DNA of 53,703 bases from Octopus sinensis (lineage: Eukaryota). The stretch's first letter is position 1, and the number at the start of each line of letters is the position of its first letter. The position numbers and the translations under genes are program-made. The stretch covers positions 1-53,703 of the forward strand of contig NW_021834308.1 of assembly GCF_006345805.1 (NCBI RefSeq). Reading direction: 5' to 3'. Positions 12,003-25,759 of this stretch are shown here, piece by piece. The notes beneath the pieces are model-generated. The model searched no databases, was not told the origin of the DNA, and was given only the letters and a program-made list of their open reading frames with translations.

Positions 12003-12204
12003 ACATGCATATATATATATTTATATGTAATATACATATGTTTATATATATAATAAATATATATACACATGCATATACATATATGTATATGTATTCGTGT
12101 AAATTGTCTTCGTGTAAATTGTATTCGTGTATGTGTAAATTGTCTTCATGTATTCTTTTGTATATGATTATAAGTTTCTGTATATGTATAGAGTATGCAT
12201 GTGT

Positions 12205-12238
<34 letters not shown>

Positions 12239-12242
12239 ATAT

Positions 12243-12291
<49 letters not shown>

Positions 12292-13247
12292 ATATATATG
12301 CATGTATATATATGCATGCATATATAAGATGTGTGTATACATATGTACGTGTATGCAAACGTTGAATACATGCACGTATATATATTTATGCACGTATGTA
12401 TTGCTCTTAGTGTTGTTTCAGAATGAAATAGAATTTATGGGTGTGAAGAAGACTCGATAAGACAATTTGTTGCAAAAGATGACAAATTCATATAATATAT
12501 ATATGTATATATATATATATATTATATATATATATATAATATATATATATATATAATATACATGTATGTATATATATATAATATATATAATATAATATAT
12601 ATATATAATGGATATATGTATGTATATATATATCTGTATACATATAGTGTATTATATATATGTATGTTATATATATACATATATAATGCCTATTTGAATG
12701 TGTATATACTTAAATATATACGTATGTTTGCATATATGAATTTATTAGTGAATATAAGGGTGTGACAGAAATCGTTTTGATATCCGTGATCGGAGTGAGT
12801 TATACGTACATGTATATCTACGTATTTGTTTATGCGTGTATGTGTGTGTCTATAAATATGTGTGTGTTTATAAATTTATATATGTGTGTGTGTGTGTATT
12901 TGTGATGGGCAAGAGAAAGGAGGGAGAGAAAAATATGTAAGAAGCGATAACCTATGCAGAAGGAGAAAAAAATCAGATTCCAAAAAATATATAAGGGTAG
13001 AAATCAATGAACAGGAAATTAGGAGAATGTGATGAAAAGGAGTAATAAATATATGTGGGTGTTAGTGAGAGGGCTAGATAGGAATGATGACAGTATTAGA
13101 GTGGGAGTGCCACATATATGAAAAGAGATTATATAATCTAAGAGAAGAAGCGGATTCGTACATACCAATCCCTCCTTCACGCACACTCACATGTAAACCT
13201 AATATACGTTTGTATATATATATATATATACATACATGTATACATAC

Positions 13248-13285
<38 letters not shown>

Positions 13286-13497
13286 GCATGCATACATATA
13301 TATGAGGACATATGTAAATCTATATATATATGGATATGTTTACGCGTACTTATATACGTAAATATGAATATATGTATGTGTGTATATATATACATTTACA
13401 TGTATATATATACATATATATACGTATATATATATGCGTATATATGTACATATACAAGTATACATATATATATACATATATATACATATATATGTAC

Positions 13498-13532
<35 letters not shown>

Positions 13533-13553
13533 GATAGATATATATATATATAG

Positions 13554-13599
<46 letters not shown>

Positions 13600-13625
13600 T
13601 TATATATATATGTATGTATATGTTT
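11580..13625. repeat. (TA)n/(TACA)n low-complexity domain containing a 15-bp minisatellite at 12091-12155
   Basis: Direct inspection; minisatellite unit GTMTTCGTGTAAATT, about 4 copies. Confidence 0.9.
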
Positions 13626-14027
13626 ATATGAATGTATCTTCATAGAGATTCTTATTAAGAATATGAATTAGAATAAAACATAAGATGAAATGAAAGACAT
13701 TTAAAGTGAAAGTAGAAAGTGAAAGAGGAAGAGAGACAGAAAGTCAGAAAGAGAGGGGGAGATTGTAAGAGTTAAGAAGAGAAGCCAGATTGAGGGCAAA
13801 AGATATGGATGACCGAGAGTGCAATGATAAAAAGTTAAAGAAAAAGAATGTCGTAAACTTAGCGAGTATACCACTGTTTTAAATTTTAATGAAGCATGTG
13901 AAGGGAGCTATGTAGAAATATTAAGATGGAGAGGATGGTGAAAGGTGGCATCGGAGAGATATGGTAAGTTGAAAGGTAGGAAATGAGAGGAAGAAAAAGT
14001 GTGCGATACGATAAAAATTGTGAGGTG

Positions 14028-14078
<51 letters not shown>

Positions 14079-14309
14079 GTATATGTAAATATACACTTAT
14101 AATAAAAGGCATATAATATAACTACAGATAAATAGATAGATAGTTAGATGTGTTGCTAGCTAGCAAGCTAGATAATGATAGCTCGGCATAAAAACAGTGA
14201 CAGGTATAATGTTCATCATGATTGTAATGATGATAATAATAATATCTATAACAGCAAAAATGATAGTAATAATAAAAGTCTATACAATACAATCCGACAT
14301 CTCTATTTG

Positions 14310-14437
<128 letters not shown>

Positions 14438-14650
14438 CCTATCATCTATCAATTTATCTAATATATATTTCTACCTATCTTTCTCTATATACATATATGT
14501 ATGTATTTATGTATGTATACAGACACAAAAATGCACACACACAGGCACACACACATACATATGCATTCGTACACAGATATATATACATAAAAATGCATAT
14601 GAATAAGTCGGCGAATAGATAAATAGATACACTCTTATGTGTATGACAGG

Positions 14651-14689
<39 letters not shown>

Positions 14690-15727
14690 ATATATATATA
14701 TATATATATACATGCTTATATACTTGTATATATATATGTATATATATATATGTATATATGTATATATATATATATGTATATATGTATATACATACATACA
14801 CATATACATGTGTAAAAGCATAAATTTCATGCATATGCATACACACACACATATATGTGTGTGTAATTGTGTATGCGTGTGTATTTCTACGTGTGTGTGT
14901 GTGTGTGTGCGTGTGTGTGTGTCGGTGTATAAAACCATACATCCATATACACAATTGGAAAAATAGGTAGATGAGAAAATATTTGGGACAGATTTAGGAT
15001 ATTCCGCATTACTCTCCAGTAAAAGAAAAAAAATGGCGATGTATACAGATTAAAAGGAAGTTAAAAAGATTCGGTATTAAAAAGAAAACACTAAACAAAA
15101 CAGCAGGAAACAACAAGAGCAATGACAATGATAACATCAATATAATCGCGACGACCACCACGACGGTCACCGCCATCTTCACCGCTACGACCGCTGCCAA
15201 CCACCGCCAACATTTTCAAAAACAACGACAGCCACGTTACCAATAATATTATCAAGAACATTAAGAACAAACAAAAACTATACAACAACATCAACATCAA
15301 CAGCAATAACAACAAATGCTGCTACAACAAAAATCAACATTAGTGCTATATTACCTACAACATTCTGAAATAGCTGCGAACAGCTGCCTTGATAACAAAA
15401 TAAAAATAGGAGAAAATACGAATAAAAATAAGAAAGCAAAAAAAGAAAAAAGAACAAACGGCGTCATTATAATGGCGAGACATTTGAGGCAGTTAATGTT
15501 TCGTAAAACAATTTTTTAGAATACACTATGCGTCGTATCTGCTTTTAACATGGAAGTTTGGTCAAAAGGGGAAGAGAAGACGATATATGTGTGTACGTAT
15601 GTTTATACGCATGTATGTGTGAATGCACATGCACACACAAACGCACACACATACATATATATGTATGTATATAAATGTATACGTATATATATATAGGCAT
15701 ATACATATAAATATACATATATATGTA

Positions 15728-15777
<50 letters not shown>

Positions 15778-16387
15778 CAGCGTACTTATGTGTCTTATGC
15801 GCTCATACACACAGATATGTATATCTAAGTAGTGTATTTATGTGTGTGTGCGTGATTATATGCATGTGTGATTGTGTGTGCGTGTGTACACGAATGTATG
15901 GGGATATATGCGTATACTTAAATAAATAAATAAATACGTAAATAAATAAATAAACATTAACAATGTTTTCATCAGAAATATATTCCCCTCTAAAATCGAA
16001 ACACAAAAATATAAAGTAAATCCAAAAACAAACAGAAAAGTGTACAGAAAAAAAATAGCAACTAAAAAAAAATCGAAAGACAAACAGAAACGTAAGACAT
16101 CGTAGGTTACTTGAAATATTTGGTAAAGTTATCGCATTATGCATGGAATCTTACAAGACGATTCTGACTTCATTCGTTGCAAATAATTCCTTAAAAGAAA
16201 ATTTATCTTCTTTTTTTCCCCTGTGATTTCTTTTCAAATTTATCTAATCAAATATTTTGCACACTTGCACATTCCACACACACACACACACACACGTACA
16301 GCGGCATGCGTATTCAGATTCATGTATAGATATATGTATGTAGCATCCATCCTAACAACCAAACATACATATATACATACATACATG

Positions 16388-16419
<32 letters not shown>

Positions 16420-16457
16420 CTTACATACTTACATACATACATAGATACATACATATG

Positions 16458-16495
<38 letters not shown>

Positions 16496-16626
16496 ATAGA
16501 TATATAAACATAGATATTTGTATGTTTGCTTATATCTACCTACAAATATACACCCATGCATACACACGTGCAAATACACGTGCACACGCACACACATGCA
16601 CTTACACACACATGCACTCACACTCA

Positions 16627-16742
<116 letters not shown>

Positions 16743-17639
16743 TATATTTATATATTATACTTATGTTCCTTCTAGAAATAGATGTGGATCGCCCGCTACG
16801 TTTAATATATGCCTATATGTATTTTAATATGTATATATTAATAAGATCCTGATTTTCTTTTGTTAATCAGGTTTAATCATGTAATAATCAATATATCAAT
16901 TCACTGAAGTTGATAATACTTTTTATCTTGTTCCTCCAGTTTTTTTCCAAGCACTTTTTACAAAGATATTCCATGTTATTGCAAGGCATTTTATTTCTGC
17001 ATTGATTTTATCATTCTAATTGTGCCACGGATTTAAATCATTTTAGGTCAACTGTGAAATGATTTGAAATTCATGCTGGTTGTAAATGGTTAGTTTCACC
17101 ACTACAGCGTATAGCTCCTTACGTTTGTAGCAGTATAGATCCCGATTCATGAGTATTACTCATCCAGAAATTCAATTGTTTCCGGACACAATATATTAAC
17201 GCCAGCCTTTATATGTTTTAGTAGACTTGTTACTACTAAGACATGGATTTAAAATCATACACCTACACTCTGAATACATTGTCAACCAAGTGGCTGACTT
17301 GTTTAAGTCTATTATATCCTAACCAGGAAGAAATGAGTTAACGGTATCAAAAAATATACATGCATACAGCTATTTTGAAAGTTAAATCTCACCACAGAAT
17401 TGATTCGTGCGTAGAATGGACAAATAACTACAAGAACAAATTGCGAGTCAGAGATGAAATGAAATAAAGAGATAGGAGAGAAACAGCTGGCAATGCTAAT
17501 TTATACGACTAGTTTACAATTTCTGTACACCTCATGTCTCTTTGTGTCAGGTTTGAAAACAATACATTGATGTTCATGATACATACACCATTGCTATATA
17601 TAGTATTCGAATAATTCTCGAAGGAGAGAAAGAAACTAC

Positions 17640-19400
17640 ACTTCATTTTCCATGAAAAGACAACAAAAGCCAGTGGATATTTGAAGAGAGCAACGCAGAA
17701 ACATGAACTCAACTACTACTAAAAATACTGGAAAAAATCTCCGATTCAGCTAAAGTATCGCAGACACACACACAGTCTTAATATTTGAAGCTAATATTTT
17801 CCAATGTCTAGTTCATTAGCAACAGATTCATTGTCATTATTTGTAGAATGACCCTATCTACAAGAGAGCTTCTCGAGTAATTCTCTTGTGAGAGAAACCC
17901 TGACCAGCGTATAGATACTTGGTTTATGTACTTCAGACTGGTACTTGATAAAACAGAGCTACGCAACAAGAAACTTGAGTGCGCTCCTTTTCTCGATGAC
18001 AAATAGCAGACGGTCTGCCAAATCAGACTGCTTCAAAATGTTTCAAATGATTATGAAGCAACAGACAACAGGTCCAGATAACATCCCAACTGTCATCTGG
18101 AGGAGTCCACTCTTCCACGAATATCTGTTGGCTTCTGTAACGAGGTCTATTAGAATACAAACCAATAATCCTCTGGAAGTCTTTAATTATTCCACTTCTA
18201 AAATAAGGTGATCTACATCTTCGTTAAAACTGCAGAGGAATCACATTCTCACCTCTCCAAATATCCGCAGTCCTATGCCCCATAACAGAATTTCTACTCT
18301 TATTCATTTAACCCTAATACAGAACAAAAACGTTTTCCACAAATGCAGATCGACGGTACCAGTGATCTGAAAGCAAAAGGATTTCTACAGAGCATTTGAT
18401 GATACCAAGAGAAAGGCAATGTTTCATATCCTGTTGGATCGATATCTCAGATGAAATTGTGAAAGCCATAATGATCACGTACAAAAATCCATCAATCGTT
18501 GTGCAAAGCACAGATAATTATGATTAAAGGTTTTCCAAGAACTGCAGAAATCGTTCTGGAAGACACTCCAGTTGTGTATCTCTCTTTCTGAATATGGTGC
18601 ACTAAATCCCCAGATAAAGCATTAACACCATGTAAGACAAATGCATCTCTGTCAGGCAGAGGTGATCGAGAGGTTTGCAGGTCCTTTATGTCTCTGATCC
18701 TGACTACGCTAATAGTGTGCTCACGGGTCACCACGTATGCGTTGTGCGGGTCTTGCGATTCTTGTTCCCGTCCCTTGAGGATGCTACAGCCACAGTAGGC
18801 GAGTTTCTTTATGCAAAGAAGATTGAAAACGTAACTATCAATGGGGGATGAAGCCGATTTGTTCCAACGATGGGACACAACTCAAGTTAGTTAGTACTTT
18901 CAAGTCCCCTGGGTATTACTGGAAGACTTCTTGACATGCAAAGGACTACACTGTAGCAAGGTTCAAAACATTTGGTAACCAATAATTTCAAAGTCAACAA
19001 GATTTTCTCGATGGCTTATATAGAGAGCATTCTTATTCTATCGACTCAAAACTTGGCCAATGAAGAGGGACGTACACCAATCTTCTGATGAGGGCGGAAA
19101 TCGTCTCATTTCAAGAAAAGAAAACTGAAGAGATTTATTGATGCATGCAATGCATCTTTCCAGAAAATAAGATAGTTTTTGCTAACCACTACTATCATCG
19201 CTGTAAAACATTTAGTTTTCAAAATTTTGTAACATTGTAGAGGACGGATATCACACAGGTACATTGGTATTACTGACGGAGACACAATACAAAATTGAAA
19301 ACTTACCAAAGCTAATGAAGGGCAGTGATTCACATCTCAGATGCAGCTGCTTAAGGAAGACTATATAACATTTCTCCTGAACAGATTCGAGTTACTATAT
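17640..19400 (+). mobile_element. Degenerate RTE-clade LINE ORF2 (reverse transcriptase)
   Basis: Motifs across frameshifts: TGPDNIPTVIWRSPLFHEYLLA (~18066), DFYRAFD (18380-18400), DPDYAN (18696-18713, equivalent to DLDYADD), and an ESIL..TW-like segment near 19021. The 5' boundary is uncertain. Confidence 0.8.
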
Positions 19401-20005
19401 GAATGTTTTGAATTAGACACTATTTTCGTTTTGTTCATGGAATCTTTTTGACTCCTTTACGTATAAAACATTCCATGTCATTTTTAAAATATCATACCCC
19501 CACCACACACGCACACACAAGTACACTTAATATTTGAAGCCTACATTTTCCAATGTCTAGTTCATTAGCATCAGATTCATTGTCATTATTTGTTCTTCAT
19601 ACCAACTATATCTTCATTCACTTCCTATTACCCAAACAATTCCTTAGTTTCTTCAACAACAAATCCATCCAGTCCCTCACAGCGGGGTTTTATTAATTAA
19701 CTCTGAGCTTAAAGCTTTCCATTATTTCCTTTCATGTTAACCAGGTTACGTACTCTTCCATCGTGAGATTTGGAAAGTTATTTTACTTTAACGATTTAAC
19801 ATTGTAATTACCTTCATGAATTTCAGAATATTTCTTCTTTTCAATACCTCTAGTATATTAAGTTGGATTACTTGTATTCAATTCACTAGTTTTGATAAAA
19901 GAATAAATAATTTATCTTAAAATGACTCATTATGCTTTGATTTACTGGTTTGATAAGTTATGTAAAATTGGGTGGCTTGAACAGAACAACAGCTTAAGGG
20001 TGTTT

Positions 20006-20585
20006 TAAGGCATTGCAATGAGAATCGTTAGCACGCCGGGCGAAATGCTTAGCGTCTGCCGTTACGTTCTGAGTTCAAATTCCGCCGAGGTCGACTTTGC
20101 CTTTCATCCTTTCGGGGTCGGTAAATTAAGCACCAGTTACGCACTGGGGTCTGGTAATCGACTTAATCCGTTTGTCTGTCCTTGTTTATCCACTCTGTGT
20201 TTAGCCCCCTGTGGGTAGTAAAGAAATAGGTATTTCGTCTGTCGTTACGTTCTGAGTTCGAATTCCGCCGAGGTCGACTTTGCCTTTCATCCTTTCGGGG
20301 TCGATTAAATAAGTATCAGTTACGCACTGGGGTCGATGTAATCGACTTAATCCGTTTGTCTGTCCTTGTTTGTCCCCTCTGTGTTTAGCCCCTTGTGGGT
20401 AGTAAAGAAATAGCTATTTCATCTGTCTTTACGTTCTGCGTTCAAATTTCGCCGAGGTCGATTTTGTCTTTCATCCTTTCTGGGTCGATAAATTAAGTGC
20501 CAGTTTCGTAACGGAGTCGATCTAATCCACTGGCCCCCTCCTCCAAAGTTTCGGGCCTTGTGCCTAGAGTAGAAAAGAATATTAT
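20006..20585 (+). mobile_element. SINE family C, trimeric copy (183-184-bp internal units)
   Basis: Core units start at ~20061, ~20244 and ~20428. Confidence 0.92.
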
Positions 20586-20809
20586 TGTATTGCTTTACAG
20601 AACATAAATTGTCTTCAATTATTTTAACTATTCATCACAAAAGTTCTTCAGTTATTTTCTTATCACGTGACCCATTTTTACCGTGTAATTTGGTATGATG
20701 TAGGAAGCGTTATTCAAAAAACTTTCAAGCCATTTTTTATTGCCTGAAAATTTAGGTAATAGTTGAGTAGATGCTTGATATATAATATCGATGAGATTAA
20801 AAATTCCTT

Positions 20810-21204
20810 TAAGCCATTGCAATGAGAATCGTTAGCACGCCGGGCGAAATGCTTAGCGTCTGCCGTTACGTTCTGAGTTCAAATTCCGCCGAGGTCGACT
20901 TTGCCTTTCATCCTTTCGGGGTCGATAAATTAAGTACCAGTTACGCACTGGGGTCGAGGTAATCGACTTAATCCGTTTGTCTGTCCTTGTTTGTTCACTC
21001 TGTGTTTAGCCCCTTGTAGGTAGTAAAGAAATAGGTATTTCGCCTGCCTTTACGTTCTGAGTTCAGATTCCGCCGAGGTCGACTTTGAGCTTTTCATCTT
21101 TCGGGGTCGATAAATTAAGCACTCGTTGCGTACTGGGGCCGATCTAATCGACTGGCTCATCCCCCAAAATTTCAGGCCTTGTGCTTAGATCAGAAAAGAA
21201 TATT
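20810..21204 (+). mobile_element. SINE family C, dimeric copy
   Basis: Same variant head (CATTGCAATGAGAATCGTTAGCACG) as the copy at 20006; two core units. Confidence 0.92.
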
Positions 21205-22207
21205 GGATAACCAAAAACGCTACGTGGCTGTGTTGAATCTGTAATGGTTATGATAGTTCTGCTTTCTGAAAACCGCAGAACAATTTCAGGGCAGTTCTTT
21301 GTTATAATTACAGAAGGAAAAATCATGATTGTGGTAGTGCTGGGTAGAAGGCTTATCTGGTATACTTGTGGCTGTGAAAGCTACGTAAGGTGTTTTTAAT
21401 CAGAGGAGTTAGAAAAACACAGGGACAGATAGAAATAAAACCAAGCGGTTCCGGTTGAGCTACCGGTCGCAACACCGAAGATTGTTGTATATATTCGTCT
21501 CATTTTGGAAACCAAAAGTCAACGACCATGAGTGACACTGCCTCATTTTGTTGGTATGAGGACATGGAAAGTGAGTGTCAAAACACTGGAGACGTTATAA
21601 AAAAGAACTGAAAAAACGAAAGATTTCCCAACCCTAGCAAAAAGGAAGAAAGATCCCTCTATATAAAAAAAAAAGACAAGAAAAGGTCAACACCAAGAGA
21701 CAACATTCAGGAGAGAGTAATAGAGGTCTACGTTCTCCACTTGGACGCCTTGAAATTCACGTCACTGAGAACATCTAACGGGAAAAAAGGTGGACTTCAT
21801 AAACAGAATGAAGGGCGTAGGTGTTTGAATCGACTTGACAATGTAAAGGTTTCGGAAGAAATCAGAACAGCGTACAAAGTTGAAGAGGAAGACTACTGTT
21901 GGTAACTATATCAAAAATATGATGGCAATACTATTTGAGCTTCCAGCACAACATAGAAACCTCCTCTTCTGCACTCGACTCTCGAACTGTTCATGGATTT
22001 ATTCAAAACGGAACAAACCAATTGACTTAAGAAAGAAATATACACAGGGCTATTTGATAAGAGTTGGAGGCACGTGTCTTATTAACCATACAGCAAGGCC
22101 TATTCTTAACGGCTGTTATCCTCTCCTTGTTTTTATATAATTTTCCTAAGACCAACAAACGCCTTGGGACATTTGTAACCTTTTTGTATAAATTCTGTTC
22201 TTATTTG

Positions 22208-22514
22208 TAAGGCAATGAGAATCGTTAGCACGCCGGGCGAAATGCTTAGCGTCTGCCGTTACGTTCTGAGTTCAAATTCCGCCGAGGTCGACTTTGCTTT
22301 CATCCTTTCGGGGTCGGTAAATTAAGTACCAGTTGCGCACTGGGGTCTGGTAATCGACTTAATCCGTTTGTCTGTCCTTGTTTGTCCACTCTGTGTTTAG
22401 CCCCTTGTAGGTAGTAAAGAAATAGCTATTTCATCTGTCTTTACGTTCTGCGTTCAAATTCCGCCGAGGTCGATTTTGCCTTTCATCCTTTCTGGGTCGA
22501 TAAATTAAGTGCCA
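22208..22514 (+). mobile_element. SINE family C, dimeric 3'-truncated copy
   Basis: Variant head GCAATGAGAATC; the second unit matches unit 3 of the trimer and ends at AATTAAGTGCCA. Confidence 0.92.
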
Positions 22515-22810
22515 TCATAATGGAGAACATTGTTAAGTAGATTTCCTCTCAACTTTTTGTCTATATTTTTTTGGCTGTTTTACTGTACCGCCTCCCCGCT
22601 CTGCGCGAGAACACACATACACGCGCAAGCATAAACCCCTGCACACACACACTTACATACATACGTAAACACATATATAGGAGGCTGCTATTTAATTTCA
22701 TTCCCTACTCCGAGTTTCCCGTACGATGCAATTCATCATGCTTCATACACCGCGTTCAAACTAACCGGGGAAACTCAGAGTGCGTATGTAATTAATCTCC
22801 AGTTTCATAT

Positions 22811-23048
22811 CGAAAAGTTTCCCGGCTTTAGGGGTAGGGTGCCGAAAAGTTTCCCGGCTTTAGGGGTAGGGGTCGAGAAAGACCTGGTTGGAGGCCTAAC
22901 CTTCGGGTTTCTTTTACAGGGCTTAGAAAAATTGAGACCGCCGCTGTGTGTGAATCTGAGAAGGAAATATGTTACACGAACCCTTAATCATCTGATCCTC
23001 CTGTATGTTCTTTTACCCAAAGCCAGGAACTTCCAGCACCCCCTCGTA
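22811..23048 (+). mobile_element. Mariner-derived MITE with tandemly duplicated left end
   Basis: Right TIR CCAGGAACTTCCAGCACCCCCTCGTA; internal remnant FLLQGLEKL...CVNLRRKYV resembles a mariner C-terminus; left-end segment repeated with 32-bp period at 22811 and 22843. Confidence 0.8.
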
Positions 23049-24366
23049 GTTTCCTCACTCTGACTACTTCCTTCCCCGTTTAGTCTTTTCTCTTTTTCCC
23101 CCCTTTCTTTCTCAGTATCTCTCTCCTCCCTCTCTCCCTTTTCAGCACAACTCACTGTTTCCCTCCTTCACAAATCCCCACTCACATAACTTTTTTTTTA
23201 TTCTGTCCACTATGCATCCTTCTTTCTCGTTCTCTCTGTCTTCGCCAGTCTGTTTGTCTCTCTCTCTCTCTCCTTCTCTCTCTCCTTCTCTCTCTCCCCC
23301 CTCTCCCTCTCTCTCTCTCTCTTTCTCCCCCCCTTCTCCCTCTCTCTCCCTATACATACATACGTACATATAACCCATTCTTTCTTCCCTTATCTTCCAG
23401 CAAATCTATCACACCTTCTCATACTCAGTCTTTCTCCCTTAGTTTTCTCACAATTTCTAATCTGCTGCAGCTTCCTCCATTTCCCTCTTTCTCTTCCACT
23501 ATCCCCCTCTCTATTTCTCCCGTTCTTCCACACACGCACAAACATACACACACACAATAGCACGTACGCATTTATTGTGTCTCTAGAGACAGTACTATAT
23601 TAACACTCTTATTTGGATAATTTCCTTAAATTTTTTTTTTACCATTTTTCAATATGTCATTCAAATGCATCTTAAATAATCCAAATAAAATATTTATTTC
23701 ACTTTTCAGCGTAACATTTCATGAACTCTATACATTCTCCCGCTTTCCCTCTCATTCTCTTTATCTCTTCTACTTCCCGTTCTCTCATTTTAAAAATTTT
23801 ATTTTAACTGCAATTTTGTATTTGTTTGCTTACATATTTATTTAAATGTTTTTTTTTGGTATTTCATATTTTATTTATCTAGCTTTTCTTTTCCTTTCTC
23901 TTTTCATTTTTACTACTTCGTTGTGTGGTTTACTTAAACCCGTCAATAATCGTTTTAAATTTAATTTTAAGCAAAACCACTTTTGGCTGAGACGCGTGTT
24001 ATGGGTGTAAAATAGGATGAGGGGGGCGGTCTTAGGGTTAGGTGTGGCGGAAAGAGGAGGGAAAGAAGTGAAAGAAAGGAAAAGTGGAATAAAATAACAC
24101 AGAGGAACAAATTGGCAAAACAAGATTAAGATCAAAAATAAAATTTCAAAAAGAAAAATAAATAAATAAAATAAAATAAATAAAAATAGAAATGAAATAA
24201 TGATTATTTTTAACATTGACAGAAAAACCACAAATTCTGGAGGAGAATCCATGTCGTTCAAATTGACCTCTGTTCTTTAATTTTATTTATTTTTCTAAGA
24301 TCAGTGTGATGAAAGGAAAAATAGATATGGTGGGATGTGACAGCAACGTTTAGTGAAATCTGATAC

Positions 24367-24780
24367 CTTTTACTTGTTTCAGTCATTTGACTGCGGCCAT
24401 ACTGGGGCACCACCGTGAATGTTTTTCTAGTCGAATTAATGAATCGACCCCCATATATCTTTTTTATAAGCTTTGTACTTATTCTATCGGGTCTCTTTTT
24501 ACCGAACTGCCAAGTTACGATGACGCAAACACACTAACACCGGTTGTCAAGCGGTAGTGGTGGGACAAATACAAACTCAAAGACACACACACACACTTAG
24601 ATATATACACTTATATATACGTCGGGCTTCTTTCAGTTTCCGTCTAACAAATCCACTCAAGACTTTGGTCGGCCCGAGGCTATAGCAGAAAACATCTGCC
24701 CAAAGTGCCACGCAGTGAGACTGAACCTGGAGCCATGTGATCAGGAAGCAAGCTTCTTACCATACAGCCAAGCCTGCGCA
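24367..24780 (-). mobile_element. SINE family A, full length
   Basis: Reverse complement of the 33372-33817 type. Confidence 0.9.
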
Positions 24781-24889
24781 TAAATAAAGAAGAAATAAAA
24801 ACAGTAGAAAGCCTTCCTGGCACTTTTTTACCCGGCATCCTTGCAATTTTCTTATTACCTTCAAATGGTATAAACTACTGTTTATAATA

Positions 24890-25107
24890 GTGGTTTCAAA
24901 TTTTGACACAAGGCTAGCAATTTCGGGGTAGCAGATAAGTCGATTGCATCGATCCCAGTGCTCGACTGGTACTTATTTTATCGTTCTCCGAAAGGATAAA
25001 AGGAAAGGTCGACCTCCGTGTAATTTGAACGCAGAACGTAAAGACGGTCGAAATGCTGCTGTGCATTTAGCCCTGCGTGCTAACGATTCTGCCAGCTCAC
25101 CACCCTA
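24890..25107 (-). mobile_element. SINE family C monomer
   Basis: Canonical head GGTGAGCTGGCAGAATCGTTAGCACG on the minus strand. Confidence 0.85.
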
Positions 25108-25759
25108 ATACTGTTAAGAGTCGCAAGGCTATAAAAAAAAATTATGGAGAAAATGTGAAGCCAGATAAACTATATCGAGTACACCACTGGTACTACTTTT
25201 ATCAAGGTCCTGAAGGACGAGAAGCAAAGTAAATTTTGAAGGGATCTGAACTCAAAACACACATATTGATTAAATTTCCCCTTAGTTGCATAATCATCTA
25301 CCTACTTTTAGATGCATGGAAGGGAAATTAGATAAGGTGAGATGTGAAAGCAACATTTACAAACCTCGGTATTTTTCCGGCGCGCTGACATTTTTTATTT
25401 ATCACCGCCTTAACAGATGGCACTCCTGGTAATAGCCTAAACCCTAGGCTACAAATTAATTAAGCGGAAAGATATAACCTAATGTTTCTCAAAGTGGGTA
25501 GAGCCACGCCTAGGAAAATTTTATATAGATACTGGTGGTGAGGTCAAAAGTATTATATGGGTATTGGGGAAAAGGTGGATGACGGTAGGCGATAGATACA
25601 GCTGTATAGCTCTTTAGTGTTTGTTTTCTATTCTAATATTTAAAAAAAATATTCAAATGTGATATAGTAGACTGCTTGTTAGCTACAGTCATAACAAATA
25701 TTAGAATAATAAAGGCAGCAATGATAATTGAGATTCGAAGAGTGAACTGAATTCGTGTG

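Noticed and set aside
11663-13643. Long Tyr/Ile-rich ORFs (up to 247 aa), and similar ORFs at 34838-45000
   Set aside because: Translations of (TA)n, (CA)n and (TATC)n repeats.
19084-19110. CTGATGAG...GAAA hammerhead-like string
   Set aside because: No stem II can form, and it lies inside the RTE coding remnant.
20061-20585. Regularly spaced repeats that might suggest a CRISPR-like array
   Set aside because: The units are 183-184 bp, contiguous and spacer-free SINE cores in a eukaryotic context; no cas genes are present.
24030-24045. TTAGGGTTAGG telomere-like motif
   Set aside because: Fewer than two full units; expected by chance.
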